Part shown: piece by piece, positions 19,111 through 28,453 of the stretch
Position numbering within the stretch: the stretch's first letter is position 1
How the letters are laid out: each line of letters opens with the position of its first letter
From: an uncultured delta proteobacterium
Lineage (GTDB): Bacteria > Myxococcota_A > Polyangia > Polyangiales > Polyangiaceae
Length of the DNA stretch: 64,000 nucleotides
Direction: 5' to 3'
Assembly (NCBI GenBank): GCA_963841435.1
Contig: CAWJCS010000002.1
Span: 1,056,001 to 1,120,000, forward strand
Notes under the pieces: generated by a model
Database searches by the model: none
What the model saw: the letters and a program-made list of their open reading frames with translations, nothing else
What the model was told of the DNA's origin: nothing
Made by a program: the position numbers and the translations under genes

Positions 19111-20016
19111 ATGCCCGCGCGCGCGACGCTGCTCGTCGTTCTGGCCCTCTCGCTCATGGCCTCGGCCCCCGCGGCAGCGGGCGACACCGCGCCACCGCCG
19201 AGCTCGCCACCCGAGCGCCTGCGCGCCTTGCTCGAGAGCAAAGTGCGACCCGGATCGCCGGAGCCCTCGGGCAGTCCCCGCTACCTGGCTCTTCGGGACG
19301 CGGGCACGCGGGGCACGCGGCTCTTCGTCGGCTGGATCTTGCCGGATTTGCCGCGCGCCGAGCGCGATGCCGTGCCAGAGCTCGTCGGCCGGGTCGAGTC
19401 CGCGCTCAGCGATCTGAGAGCGCATACCGCCTGGATCTCGGACGCCCGGGTGTTTCTTGGCGGTGACGTTGAGACGCCGCTCCTTGGTGTGGAGATTGGC
19501 GCGAAACGCGCCGGCGCAGCCCGCGAGCTCGAGACCGCGCTCCTCGGCTCGCTCGCGGCGCTCGCGGGCGCGGAGCCCGGGTTACCCGCGGACCCCGCGG
19601 CTGCGTCTCCCACCGGCGCCACCCGCTCCCTCGCTCGCAGGCTCGCGCCACTCGCCCGCGGGGTCGTCGAGCTTTGCGGGCCGGGTGCCCCGTCGCCCGT
19701 TCGCCCCAAAAAGCCCGCTCGGCACGTGATCGAGTCGGGCGACACCCTGTCGGAGATCGCGCTCGAGAACGGCCTCGACCTCGACGAGCTTCTGCGGCTC
19801 AACGGGCTCGATCCCGATCGCCCGATCCACCCAGGTGAGGAGCTCGAGCTGACTTCTCGGGCGCCCCCGCGTCCGAAGCTCTACGTGGCAAGGTCCGGTG
19901 ACACGTTGGCGAAGGTCGCCAAGCACTTCGGTGTCACACAAAAGGCCCTGGTTGACGTGAATCGCCTGCGTGTCCGGACCTTGAGCCCGGGGCAGAAGCT
20001 CGTCCTGCCACGCTGA
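19111..20016 (+). CDS. Secreted protein with two C-terminal LysM domains
   Basis: HVIESGDTLSEIALENGLD..LNGL and YVARSGDTLAKVAKHFGVT..PGQKL. Confidence 0.85.
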   Translation: MPARATLLVVLALSLMASAPAAAGDTAPPPSSPPERLRALLESKVRPGSPEPSGSPRYLALRDAGTRGTRLFVGWILPDLPRAERDAVPELVGRVESALSDLRAHTAWISDARVFLGGDVETPLLGVEIGAKRAGAARELETALLGSLAALAGAEPGLPADPAAASPTGATRSLARRLAPLARGVVELCGPGAPSPVRPKKPARHVIESGDTLSEIALENGLDLDELLRLNGLDPDRPIHPGEELELTSRAPPRPKLYVARSGDTLAKVAKHFGVTQKALVDVNRLRVRTLSPGQKLVLPR

Positions 20017-20209
20017 AAATCCGGGCCGGGTCACGGGGCCTCAGCCGGGCTTCACCGTGCGTTCTTTTTTCGGCAACTCGCCCCGGCGACGCGCCGACCA
20101 CCTTGACGCACGATGACGAATGGGCTGATTCATAGTCGCGCCGACTGCGCATCGAGCGTGTGCCCGAGCGGGCTCACGCGGTCGGCGGCCGACGGAGCCG
20201 CGTGGCCTC

Positions 20210-20890
20210 ATGCCGAACGAGTCGTACAAGCCGAAGCCTCCCACTTTGCGTACCGGCGTTGCACCCGGGGCCACCGCGCGGAACCCCGGCGACACCGTTC
20301 CGGACCTCGCGTACCGCCCCCGGGCCGGGGCGCGCCACGACACGGTCCCGGAGCAAGCCGGCGTCTACGTGCCGCCGCAGCCTCTCGCGCCGACCGCCGA
20401 TCACCGCACCATGGAAATCTCGCCGGTGCGCCTGGCTCAGGAGATCGATCCGCGCCGCGCGATGACTCAGCTGCGCCTGTCGGCACCGCCCCCGCGTCGC
20501 TCGCGCAACGCGCTTTTCCTGCCCCTGTTGGTCGCCGGCGCCCTGCTGGTCGCCTTCGTCGCGCACCGTGTCTCGATGGCGACGTCCGAAAGCGAGGCGC
20601 CCGTGGCAATCCCGGAGGTGCCGGCGCCGAGCCCCGTCGCAACGATACCGGCCACCCCGCTTTCGAAAACCGAGCCCGCAAGCCTGGCGCGCGCTCCGGT
20701 CGAGCCTGTGGCGCCGCCCGCGCCGGCCACGACGCCCGCGCCGCCGGCGACGCCCGCAGAGCGCACCTCGCTCGCTACGCCTGCCGCGCCCACGGCCCAC
20801 GCGTCCGCGGCGCGCGCGGAGGCTCCGGGCGCGAGCGCCGCCGAAAGCGGCCGGGCTCCCGGGAAAGTGCGGGAGCCGTGGCTCGAGTGA
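20210..20890 (+). CDS. Hypothetical single-TM Pro/Ala-rich protein
   Basis: TM LFLPLLVAGALLVAFVA followed by a Pro-rich tail; stop overlaps the next start. Confidence 0.65.
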   Translation: MPNESYKPKPPTLRTGVAPGATARNPGDTVPDLAYRPRAGARHDTVPEQAGVYVPPQPLAPTADHRTMEISPVRLAQEIDPRRAMTQLRLSAPPPRRSRNALFLPLLVAGALLVAFVAHRVSMATSESEAPVAIPEVPAPSPVATIPATPLSKTEPASLARAPVEPVAPPAPATTPAPPATPAERTSLATPAAPTAHASAARAEAPGASAAESGRAPGKVREPWLE

Positions 20891-21906
20891 CGGCGGTGCT
20901 CGCGTGCGCGGTCTGCCTCTTCGCGGGGCGGGCTGCGGCCGAGGGGCTCGAGCGCGCCGACGAGCTGTTTCGCGAAGGAAATCGCGCCTTCGCCGTCGGG
21001 GACGCCCGGGCAGCCTACGAGGCCTATCGCGGGGCCTGGTCGCTCCGCAAAAGCTTCGACATCGCCTGCAATCTCGGCCGGACCGAAGCCGAGCTCTCGC
21101 TGTCCCGCGACGCCGCCGAGCACCTCGACTACTGCCTGCGCACGTATCCGGCGAGCTCCCGGGACGATCTGCGCGACGCCAATCGCCGCTTCCGCCAGCT
21201 GTTCGCCGAAGTGCGGGCGCGGGTCGCGGCGCTCCACATCGTGGTCCGCAAGCCCGGTGCCGAGATCACCGTTGACGGCGCAAGCTACGGAACGGCGCCG
21301 CTCGCAAGCGACGTGTTCGTCGATCCGGGCGAGCATCGAGTGCGCGCGCGGCTCGTAGCGTTCGAGCCCGAGGAGCGCGTCGTCAACGTCGCCGCTGGCG
21401 AGGCCATCGGCGTGAGCTTCGACCTCGACACGCCGGCACGTCCCGAGGCCCCCGTGGCTCCCGCGGTCGAAACCGCGCCATCTCCTGCCCAAACGCCGCC
21501 CCAGCGCGACCGCGAGAGCGCCGACCTTCGCACGACCGTGGCCATTTCAGGCGGCGTGCTCACGCTCGTGGGCGTCGGGCTCGGCACGGGGTTTCTGCTC
21601 GATGCCCGGGCGTCGAGCGACCGCGTCGACCGCATCGCGCGTGCCGTGCGCGATGCGGGGGGCTCCGCGTGCGGCTCGGGCTCCGAGCCCCAGGATTGCG
21701 AGAGTCTGCGGGCCGAAGTGGACCACGAGAACGACGCGCGCGCTCGCGCGGGAGTCTTCTTCACGGCGGGTGCTGCCGTGGGGCTCGCGACCGTCGCCGC
21801 GTGGCTGCTCCTGCCGAACGACGCGGCGCCGGCCGGCGCGCGGCTCTCGGTCTCGCCGACGCTGGGGCGTTCGATCGCCGGCCTGACTCTGGCGGGGAGA
21901 TACTAG
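20887..21906 (+). CDS. TPR + PEGA domain protein
   Basis: ADELFREGNRAF..AYEAYRGAW..NLGRTE (TPR-like); PGAEITVDGASYGTAPL..VDPGEHRV (PEGA); Gly-rich hydrophobic helices; ends LTLAGRY. Confidence 0.82.
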   Translation: MTAVLACAVCLFAGRAAAEGLERADELFREGNRAFAVGDARAAYEAYRGAWSLRKSFDIACNLGRTEAELSLSRDAAEHLDYCLRTYPASSRDDLRDANRRFRQLFAEVRARVAALHIVVRKPGAEITVDGASYGTAPLASDVFVDPGEHRVRARLVAFEPEERVVNVAAGEAIGVSFDLDTPARPEAPVAPAVETAPSPAQTPPQRDRESADLRTTVAISGGVLTLVGVGLGTGFLLDARASSDRVDRIARAVRDAGGSACGSGSEPQDCESLRAEVDHENDARARAGVFFTAGAAVGLATVAAWLLLPNDAAPAGARLSVSPTLGRSIAGLTLAGRY

Positions 21907-21907
21907 G

Positions 21908-22927
21908 GTGAGGGTGGCGTTCGCCTCCGCCCTGGTCGCTGCGCTCACCGTAGCGGCATCCGCATCGGCGGAGCCGAGCCCCAGCGAGCTCGCGCTCGCT
22001 CGCCAGCTGTTCAGCGCGGCGAGCGCCCTCGAGACCGAAGGCAAGTGGTCCGCGGCGGCGGAGAAGCTGCGCGAGGCGCTTTCGATCAAGGAGACTCCGG
22101 GGCTCCGCTATCATCTGGCTCATTGCGAGGAGCAGGCGGGGGCGCTCGTCGCAGCGTCGCTCGAATACGCGCGGGCTTCCGAGCTGATTGCCCAGGGCGC
22201 GCAGGCGCCGGACGTCGCCCAGCTGCTCGCGCTTGCTGATCAGCGACTGGCGGCGCAGATTCCCCGGCTGAGCCTGCGCGTCCCGGCCGACGTTTCCGGG
22301 GTGAGCGTCGTCATCGACGGGCATGGCATCCCGTCGGCCGTCCTCGGCAACGCCGTCCCGGTCGATCCGGGCCGCCACCAGGTGCTCGCCCGCGCGCCGA
22401 ACCGAAGCGATTTTTCGCGCACTGTCATGCTGGAAGCGGGCGAGTCGCGAACTCTGACTTTGGACTTCGGGCCTACTCCCCCCGCGGCAACGGCGTCCGT
22501 GGCGCCGGGCCACGATGGCTCGCTCGATCGGGGCGCCGAGCGTTCGGGCGTCGATCCCCGCACGGTCGCTCTGATCGGCGAGGGTGTGCTCGCGGCTGGC
22601 GGCCTCGCCACGGGCATCGGGTTCGCGGTGGCACGCGGCAATGCGGCCGACCGCGTCGAACGCGCGCAGCAAGAGGTTGACGCCGGGTCTCCCGCCGGCA
22701 ACGCGGCGTGCAGCGACACGGCGCCCGCGCCGGCCTGCACCGAGCTCAAGCGGGCGCTCGACGACCATCAAAAGACCGGTGCGCTCATGGCCGCCGGCTT
22801 CGTGACGGCAGGTGTGGCCGTGGCCGCCGGTGCGCTCACCGTCACGCTCTGGCCCAGCAAGATCGCACACGTCGCGATCGACTGGCGGCCGGGCGGGGCC
22901 ACGCTGAGCGCCAGCGGCCATTTCTAG
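21908..22927 (+). CDS. TPR + PEGA-like domain protein
   Basis: ARQLFSAASALE..KETPGLRYHLAHCEE; SVVIDG..PVDPGRHQV; ends TLSASGHF. Confidence 0.82.
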   Translation: MRVAFASALVAALTVAASASAEPSPSELALARQLFSAASALETEGKWSAAAEKLREALSIKETPGLRYHLAHCEEQAGALVAASLEYARASELIAQGAQAPDVAQLLALADQRLAAQIPRLSLRVPADVSGVSVVIDGHGIPSAVLGNAVPVDPGRHQVLARAPNRSDFSRTVMLEAGESRTLTLDFGPTPPAATASVAPGHDGSLDRGAERSGVDPRTVALIGEGVLAAGGLATGIGFAVARGNAADRVERAQQEVDAGSPAGNAACSDTAPAPACTELKRALDDHQKTGALMAAGFVTAGVAVAAGALTVTLWPSKIAHVAIDWRPGGATLSASGHF

Positions 22928-22948
22928 CCGCTGCCTTGCCGGCGCGCC

Positions 22949-23332
22949 TCAACGCGGGAAGTACTGGGTCGCGCGCTTGTGGCCGCGCGTGCGCAAGCTC
23001 TTCGTCGAGATCAGCTTCTTTACGGGCAGGTTCAGCTCGCGTGTCGTCACGCCCATGCCCTTGGCAATCTGCTCGATGCGCTCGCCCTTGTGTCCCTTGA
23101 CGTACTCGAGCAAACGTCCCGTCAGCTTCGAGATCTCCTGAGGTGGGCGCTTCGCGCCCTTCGGCAACGCCCGACGCGACGCGGCAACGCTAGCTCGCCC
23201 GCGTCCGGATGGTGCTTCACCGAGCGCGGCGCGCACGCTCTCGAACGCTGATTCGCGAATCAGCACCGAGAGATCGCTTGCGAACGCTTCTACCATCCCC
23301 CGAATCTTGATGTCGATGTCGGCTTTGGCCAT
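22949..23332 (-). CDS. Small basic putative DNA-binding protein (N-terminal helix, basic linker, C-terminal wHTH-like domain)
   Basis: 127 aa, K/R-rich; LLEYVKGHKGERIEQIAKGMGVTTRELNLPVKKLI..TRGHKRATQYF looks like a winged helix. Confidence 0.75.
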   Translation of the reverse strand: MAKADIDIKIRGMVEAFASDLSVLIRESAFESVRAALGEAPSGRGRASVAASRRALPKGAKRPPQEISKLTGRLLEYVKGHKGERIEQIAKGMGVTTRELNLPVKKLISTKSLRTRGHKRATQYFPR

Positions 23333-23341
23333 GCGCGCCTC

Positions 23342-23369
23342 AATATGCGGTTCGACTCGAACCTGTCAA
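23342..23369 (-). promoter_or_regulatory. Sigma-70-type promoter with a palindromic operator in the spacer
   Basis: Minus strand TTGACA-16 nt-CATATT; the spacer contains GGTTCGA-G-TCGAACC. Confidence 0.65.
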
Positions 23370-23559
23370 CTCCTAATCGCTCGGATGGAGTCGCACCGGG
23401 CGAGAAGAAGGCGAAGTCAGCGCCATACCCAGCGAAGCTGGTTATGAGATGTGCCCTAGTCGCCTAACCCACCAGAGTATGATGGCAGACTCGCGCGCTT
23501 ACGCCCGGAGCAGAAAGCCGGTTGCTCGTGAAGGGCGCCCGAGCAGTCGAATCGGCTGC

Positions 23560-25404
23560 TCAGGAGGTGCGATCGTCTGAGCTTTCTGTCTTGGCGTCGC
23601 GTGGGGTGGCGGAGCTCGCCAGTGCTGGGGTCGGATCCCACTCGGGTGACAAAAGTGCCACATCACGCGCCATGGCGAGCGCGCTCTCGATGTTATCGGC
23701 CTGCATCACGAGTCGGAATTGGCCTTCGAGCTTGGCTCGCGCGAACACACTGCGTGGCTCGGGCAGCGGGCCGGCGAGGATGACGAAAATGCGCCGCGCT
23801 TCCAGGCGCTCGAGGGCGCTTTCGAGCGCCAGGAATCCGGAAGTGTCGATGACCGGCACTCGCCCGAGGTCGAACACGACGACGCGCACGTCATTGCCGA
23901 GCTCGTCGAGCGCCGCCATGCCTCGCGAAGCCGCGCCGAAAAACAGCGGCCCGGCGATCTCGTAGAGCGCGACGTGGGGCGGCAGCGTGCGCTCGCGCGT
24001 GCTCGACGCGCTCGACGTGAGCACCCGCGCCTGCGTGAGCTCCGCCATTCGCCGCATGAAGAGAAGCGCCGCGAAGACGACGCCCGCCATCACGGCTACC
24101 ACCATGTCGAACACGACGGTCAAGGTGAAACAGCTGGCCAGCACGGCGACGTCGCTCTTCGGAGCGACGCGCAAGATGCGCCTGACGAGGCGGAGCTCGG
24201 CCATGTTCCAGGCGACGACCATCAGGAGCGCGGCCAGTGCCGCCATGGGGATCCGCGAAACGAGCGGGGCTCCCACGAGCACGACCACGAGCACGACGAT
24301 CGCGTGAAACACCGCGGAGAGCGGCGAGCGGGCTCCCGAGCGGATGTTCGCCGCCGTGCGGGCCAGGGCGCCAGTCGCGGCGATGCCGCCGAAACACGGT
24401 GCCACGCAGTTGCCGATGCCGAGCGCCACGAGCTCGGTGTTCGGATCGTGTCGAGTCCCCGTGAGTCCGTCGGCAATCACCGCGGAAAGGAGGGATTCGA
24501 TCGCCCCGAGCAGGGCGATCGTCATGGCGGCCGGCAGCATCTCGCGGAGAAGCGCCAAGCTGAGCGGCGTGTCGCCCCAAGGGGTCCTCGGCAGCGGCGG
24601 CAGCCGGGGGATACCGCGCACCATTTCGTCGCCGACGCGCGTCACGAAACGATCGCCCACCGTCGTGACGTGGAACGAGGGAGCGAGTTGCTCGAGCCAG
24701 GCGCTCAGCAGCGACGCCAACACGATGGCGACGAGCGCGGCGGGCACGCGGCGCGTGAGCTTCGGCAAAAAGACGAGCACTGCCAGCGTTGCCGCGGCGA
24801 CGCAAAGCTCCACGGGGTTCGTGGTCGCGCGGGCCCGCCAGAACGCCGCGAGCTTTTCGGGAAAGGCGTCCGGCAGCTGCGCGACTCGCAGCCCGAGTGC
24901 GTCACGCAGTTGCAGCGCGCCGATGACGGTTGCGATGCCCACCGTGAACCCGACGGTGACCGTGTAAGGGATGAACTCGATGAGTCGCCCGAGCCGCGCG
25001 AGACCCATGCCGATCAGCAGGAGCCCGGCGAGGAAACCCGCGACCAGGAGGCCGTTCAGGCCGTGGTGGTGGGCGATCGGGGCGAGCACGACGACGAACG
25101 CGGCGGTCGGCCCCGTCACCTGGAAGCGCGAGCCGCCGAGCAGCCCCACCACGGCTCCGCCAACGATGGCCGTGTAGATGCCGTGCTGTGGCGGCACTCC
25201 GGTCGCGATGGCGAGCGCCATCGACAGGGGCAGGGCGATGATGGCCACCACCACGCCCGCCATCGCGTCTGCCGCGAGCCCCGAGCGGCCGTAGCCCTCG
25301 GCGAGCACGGCGCGAAGCGCATGTCCGAGGCGGACGCGCGGCTCGATCCAAGCCAAGCCGTGGCCGCCGCGCTGCTCATCGGGACTTGGTATCGGTTGGG
25401 TCAC
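23560..25404 (-). CDS. SulP-family anion/C4-dicarboxylate transporter with STAS domain (DauA-like)
   Basis: AIIALPLSMALAIATGVPPQHGIYTAI, GPTAAF, AIESLLSAVIAD, TGALARTAANIRSGA; STAS GPLFFGAA..VIDTSG. Confidence 0.93.
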   Translation of the reverse strand: MTQPIPSPDEQRGGHGLAWIEPRVRLGHALRAVLAEGYGRSGLAADAMAGVVVAIIALPLSMALAIATGVPPQHGIYTAIVGGAVVGLLGGSRFQVTGPTAAFVVVLAPIAHHHGLNGLLVAGFLAGLLLIGMGLARLGRLIEFIPYTVTVGFTVGIATVIGALQLRDALGLRVAQLPDAFPEKLAAFWRARATTNPVELCVAAATLAVLVFLPKLTRRVPAALVAIVLASLLSAWLEQLAPSFHVTTVGDRFVTRVGDEMVRGIPRLPPLPRTPWGDTPLSLALLREMLPAAMTIALLGAIESLLSAVIADGLTGTRHDPNTELVALGIGNCVAPCFGGIAATGALARTAANIRSGARSPLSAVFHAIVVLVVVLVGAPLVSRIPMAALAALLMVVAWNMAELRLVRRILRVAPKSDVAVLASCFTLTVVFDMVVAVMAGVVFAALLFMRRMAELTQARVLTSSASSTRERTLPPHVALYEIAGPLFFGAASRGMAALDELGNDVRVVVFDLGRVPVIDTSGFLALESALERLEARRIFVILAGPLPEPRSVFARAKLEGQFRLVMQADNIESALAMARDVALLSPEWDPTPALASSATPRDAKTESSDDRTS

Positions 25405-25561
25405 GCTCGACCGGCGGGTAGACCTGACCGCCGCCCACCTTGTAGCATCCCCCGTCGTCCGATGTCCGGGCGCACCTGCCCTTCACGAGGGAGGGTGGGA
25501 GGATGCTACGATGACGGAAGCGATCGCGCGTTCCGTGCCTGCCGACCTCGCCTGAGCCCCG

Positions 25562-27388
25562 ATGACAGAGCCCCGCCCCTTGCTCGGAGGTCGCTACAGC
25601 CTGGAGCGTCCCGTGACTTCGACGCCCGATGGCCAAAGCTGGATGGCCATCGAGGCCGTCTCGGGGCGCCTGGTGGTCGTGGCGGTCGCGGAGCCGGGGC
25701 GCCTGAGCACGCTCGTGCCCGCGCGCGACGTTCGGCACCGGCACCTCGCGACGGTCATCGACATCGTCAAGGAGGTCGGCCCCGAGTCGTTCCCGCCGGA
25801 GGTCAAGCTCCCGGTCGGAGCGGGCGCCGCCGTCGCCGAGCACGTTCCCGGTCGTACCCTGCGCGCGGTGCTCGAGGCGGGCCCGCTGCACCCGGCCAAG
25901 GCCGTCGCCTGGGTGCTTCGCCTCGCCGACGCCGTGCAGGCGTTGCACGCGGCTGGCGCCGTCCACGGCGGCATCTCGCCCCGAAGCATCATCGCCGAGC
26001 CCGAGGGGCGCGCGATCGCGCCGGTCCTGTCGCAGCTCATCGCTCCCCCCATCGGCGCCTTTTGTCCGCCCGAGCGTTTGCGGGGCGGCGCGGAGGGCGG
26101 TTCTGACGATGTCTGGGCGCTGACCTCGACCTTGTATGCCGCGCTCACGGGCAAGCCGCCCTATTTCGCAACCACGCGCGATGGTCTGCTCAGGGCGATG
26201 ACCTCGCGCCCGGAGCCGCTCCTGGCGTCGGGTGTCGATGAACCGGTGCTGCAGGAGATCATCGCGCGCGGGCTCGTTCCGGAACGGCGGCCCCGGGCGT
26301 CCGATCTCGCCGAGCTGCAAGCGCTGCTCGACGCGTGGGAGCGTGATCCGACGAAGCTTCCGCCGCCGCGCTCACCGCCGCGTCCGGCTCCACGGGGTCT
26401 CGGGGAGATCGTCTCCGGCGCGGCCTTCGGGATGACCCGCGACGACGGCATCGTCGCTGACGATAGTGATCTCGACGACGATCAGGGCGGTACCCTGCCG
26501 CCGCCCCCCGTCGAGTCGGCCCGCTACGCCGCGTTCAGCGAGCCTCCAGCCGCCCGCGCTGTGCTGCCGTTCGGCGCCGCACCCGTCGCGCCGGTGGCGT
26601 TCGACGCGCCGGCGCCCCGCGCGCCCGCTCCACGCCGTGTCTCGTTCAATCCGTTCGAACGGAAGCGGACCGTGTGGCCGTGGCTCCTCGTCGCCGCGGG
26701 TACCGGCGGAGCGGGCGTCTACCTCACGCTTTCGCCCGACTCCAAGCCACCCGCATTGGCTTCAGCGTCCGCCGTCGACACGCCCCCGCCCGCGGCGCCG
26801 GCTCCGAAGCCGCCGCCGCAGAAGAACCCGGCACTCGTGCGCAACCAATGCGTGGCCGAGCACTTCCCGCCCGACTCCTTCGACGGGCTGCCGGATTTCG
26901 CGTTCGTCTGCGAGGACGGCGACTTTCCCGCCATCGCGCGCCGGCTGAGCGACATGGTCGTTCTGCGCGACCCTGCGACCCTGCCCGACGCAGGCGGCGC
27001 GACCGACGGCGGCATGTCGCTCGATGTCGTGCGGCTGAGCGGCATGCGCGTCGCCGATGGTGGCGTGGGCTCGGGGCTCGGCTGGTACGAGCTGCCGGCG
27101 ACGGCCATCATCCGGAAGGCATGCTGCTCGGATGCGTCGCCCGTGGTCGCGCCCGAGACGCCGGGCTGGTGTGAGCAGCTCCAGTCGGTCTTGCGCCGCA
27201 TGGCGGACGACAGCGCCAAGTCGATGGATCTCGCTCCGGCCGGGCGCGCCTACTACCGCGCCGTCAATTGCCTGGTCGCCAATCACGTGCGCCACCCCTA
27301 CACGTACTCGGGGGCGCCCGACGCGGCGAGCCGCGCCGCCTTCCAGCAGTTCCTCGGCCGGGCCGCCATCATCAGCGCGCGGCGCTGA
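25562..27388 (+). CDS. Membrane-anchored kinase-like protein (probable pseudokinase) with Cys-containing extracytoplasmic domain
   Basis: GRYSLERP, VHGGISPRSII, FCPPERLRG..DDVWAL..GKPPY; TM WPWLLVAAG; VAIK, HRD and DFG are degenerate. Confidence 0.8.
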   Translation: MTEPRPLLGGRYSLERPVTSTPDGQSWMAIEAVSGRLVVVAVAEPGRLSTLVPARDVRHRHLATVIDIVKEVGPESFPPEVKLPVGAGAAVAEHVPGRTLRAVLEAGPLHPAKAVAWVLRLADAVQALHAAGAVHGGISPRSIIAEPEGRAIAPVLSQLIAPPIGAFCPPERLRGGAEGGSDDVWALTSTLYAALTGKPPYFATTRDGLLRAMTSRPEPLLASGVDEPVLQEIIARGLVPERRPRASDLAELQALLDAWERDPTKLPPPRSPPRPAPRGLGEIVSGAAFGMTRDDGIVADDSDLDDDQGGTLPPPPVESARYAAFSEPPAARAVLPFGAAPVAPVAFDAPAPRAPAPRRVSFNPFERKRTVWPWLLVAAGTGGAGVYLTLSPDSKPPALASASAVDTPPPAAPAPKPPPQKNPALVRNQCVAEHFPPDSFDGLPDFAFVCEDGDFPAIARRLSDMVVLRDPATLPDAGGATDGGMSLDVVRLSGMRVADGGVGSGLGWYELPATAIIRKACCSDASPVVAPETPGWCEQLQSVLRRMADDSAKSMDLAPAGRAYYRAVNCLVANHVRHPYTYSGAPDAASRAAFQQFLGRAAIISARR

Positions 27389-27493
27389 GGCGAGCGCGAA
27401 AAAAACGCGCGCGTCCGTTTCCCGCGGTGGGGACGGCGCTTTCCCGTCGCGCTTGGAACGGGCGATCCGGGTGGGTACGCTCGGGGCGGGCGC

Positions 27494-28453
27494 ATGGCTC
27501 GTATCGTGGTTCTGGATGGGCACACGTTGAGCCCCGGCGACTTGCCGTGGGACGAGCTCGCGGCGCTCGGCGAGCTCGTCGTGTTCGAGCGCACCCCCGA
27601 CGAGCTCGTGGCCGAGCGTGCCGCGGACGCCGACGTGCTCGTGACGAACAAGACGGCGCTCGACGGTGCGACGCTCCGCGCGCTGCCTCGCCTCCGCGGG
27701 ATCGCGGTTCTCGCAACGGGCGTCAACGTCGTGGACGTGGCGGCGGCTCGCTCGCTCGGCATCCCCGTGTCGAACGTGCCGAGCTACTCCACGGCGTCGG
27801 TTGCCCAGCACACCATCGCGCTCCTGCTCGAGCTCTGCCAACACGTCGGGCTGCACGCGGAGAGCGTGCGCGCGGGCGACTGGCAGAGAAGCGAGGATTT
27901 TTCGTACTTTCGTGAGCCGCTCGTCGAGCTCGATGGAAAGGTCCTCGGTATCGTCGGGCTCGGCGCCATCGGATCGCGGGTCGCGACGCTCGGCGACGCG
28001 CTCGGCATGCGCGTGCTTTCGACGCCGTCGCGCCGTCGTTCCGCAGCGCACGCTCGGGTACGCACGGCGCCGCTCGACGAGATCTTCGCCGAAAGCGACG
28101 TCCTTACGCTGCATTGTCCCCTGACACCCGACACGGTCGGCCTCGTGTCGGAACAGCGGCTTCGCGCGATGAAGCCGTCCGCCCTGCTCGTCAACACGGC
28201 GCGCGGCAAGCTCGTCGACGAGGCCGCGCTGGCTCGCGCGCTCCGCGAAGGTAGGCTCGCCGGTGCCGCGCTCGACGTGCTCTCGACCGAGCCGCCCCCC
28301 ATCGACCATCCGCTGATCGGCGCGCCGCGCTGCCTCGTCACGCCGCACCAGGCCTGGACGACGCTCGCCGCACGCGAGCGCCTGCTCCGCGCGACGGTCG
28401 AGAACGTGCGTGCTTTGCTCGCCGGGCGCCCCGTGAACGTCGTCGATGGCTGA
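27494..28453 (+). CDS. D-2-hydroxyacid dehydrogenase (glycerate dehydrogenase/hydroxypyruvate reductase type)
   Basis: IVVLDGHTLSPGDL, GIVGLGAIG, LHCPLT, NTARG, ALDVLSTEPP, TPHQAW. Confidence 0.93.
   Translation: MARIVVLDGHTLSPGDLPWDELAALGELVVFERTPDELVAERAADADVLVTNKTALDGATLRALPRLRGIAVLATGVNVVDVAAARSLGIPVSNVPSYSTASVAQHTIALLLELCQHVGLHAESVRAGDWQRSEDFSYFREPLVELDGKVLGIVGLGAIGSRVATLGDALGMRVLSTPSRRRSAAHARVRTAPLDEIFAESDVLTLHCPLTPDTVGLVSEQRLRAMKPSALLVNTARGKLVDEAALARALREGRLAGAALDVLSTEPPPIDHPLIGAPRCLVTPHQAWTTLAARERLLRATVENVRALLAGRPVNVVDG

Noticed and set aside
23345-23363. GGTTCGACTC resembling a tRNA T-loop
   Set aside because: No cloverleaf or acceptor stem; it is half of a palindrome in a promoter spacer.
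23719-26106. 795-aa plus-strand ORF
   Set aside because: Antisense shadow of the SulP transporter.
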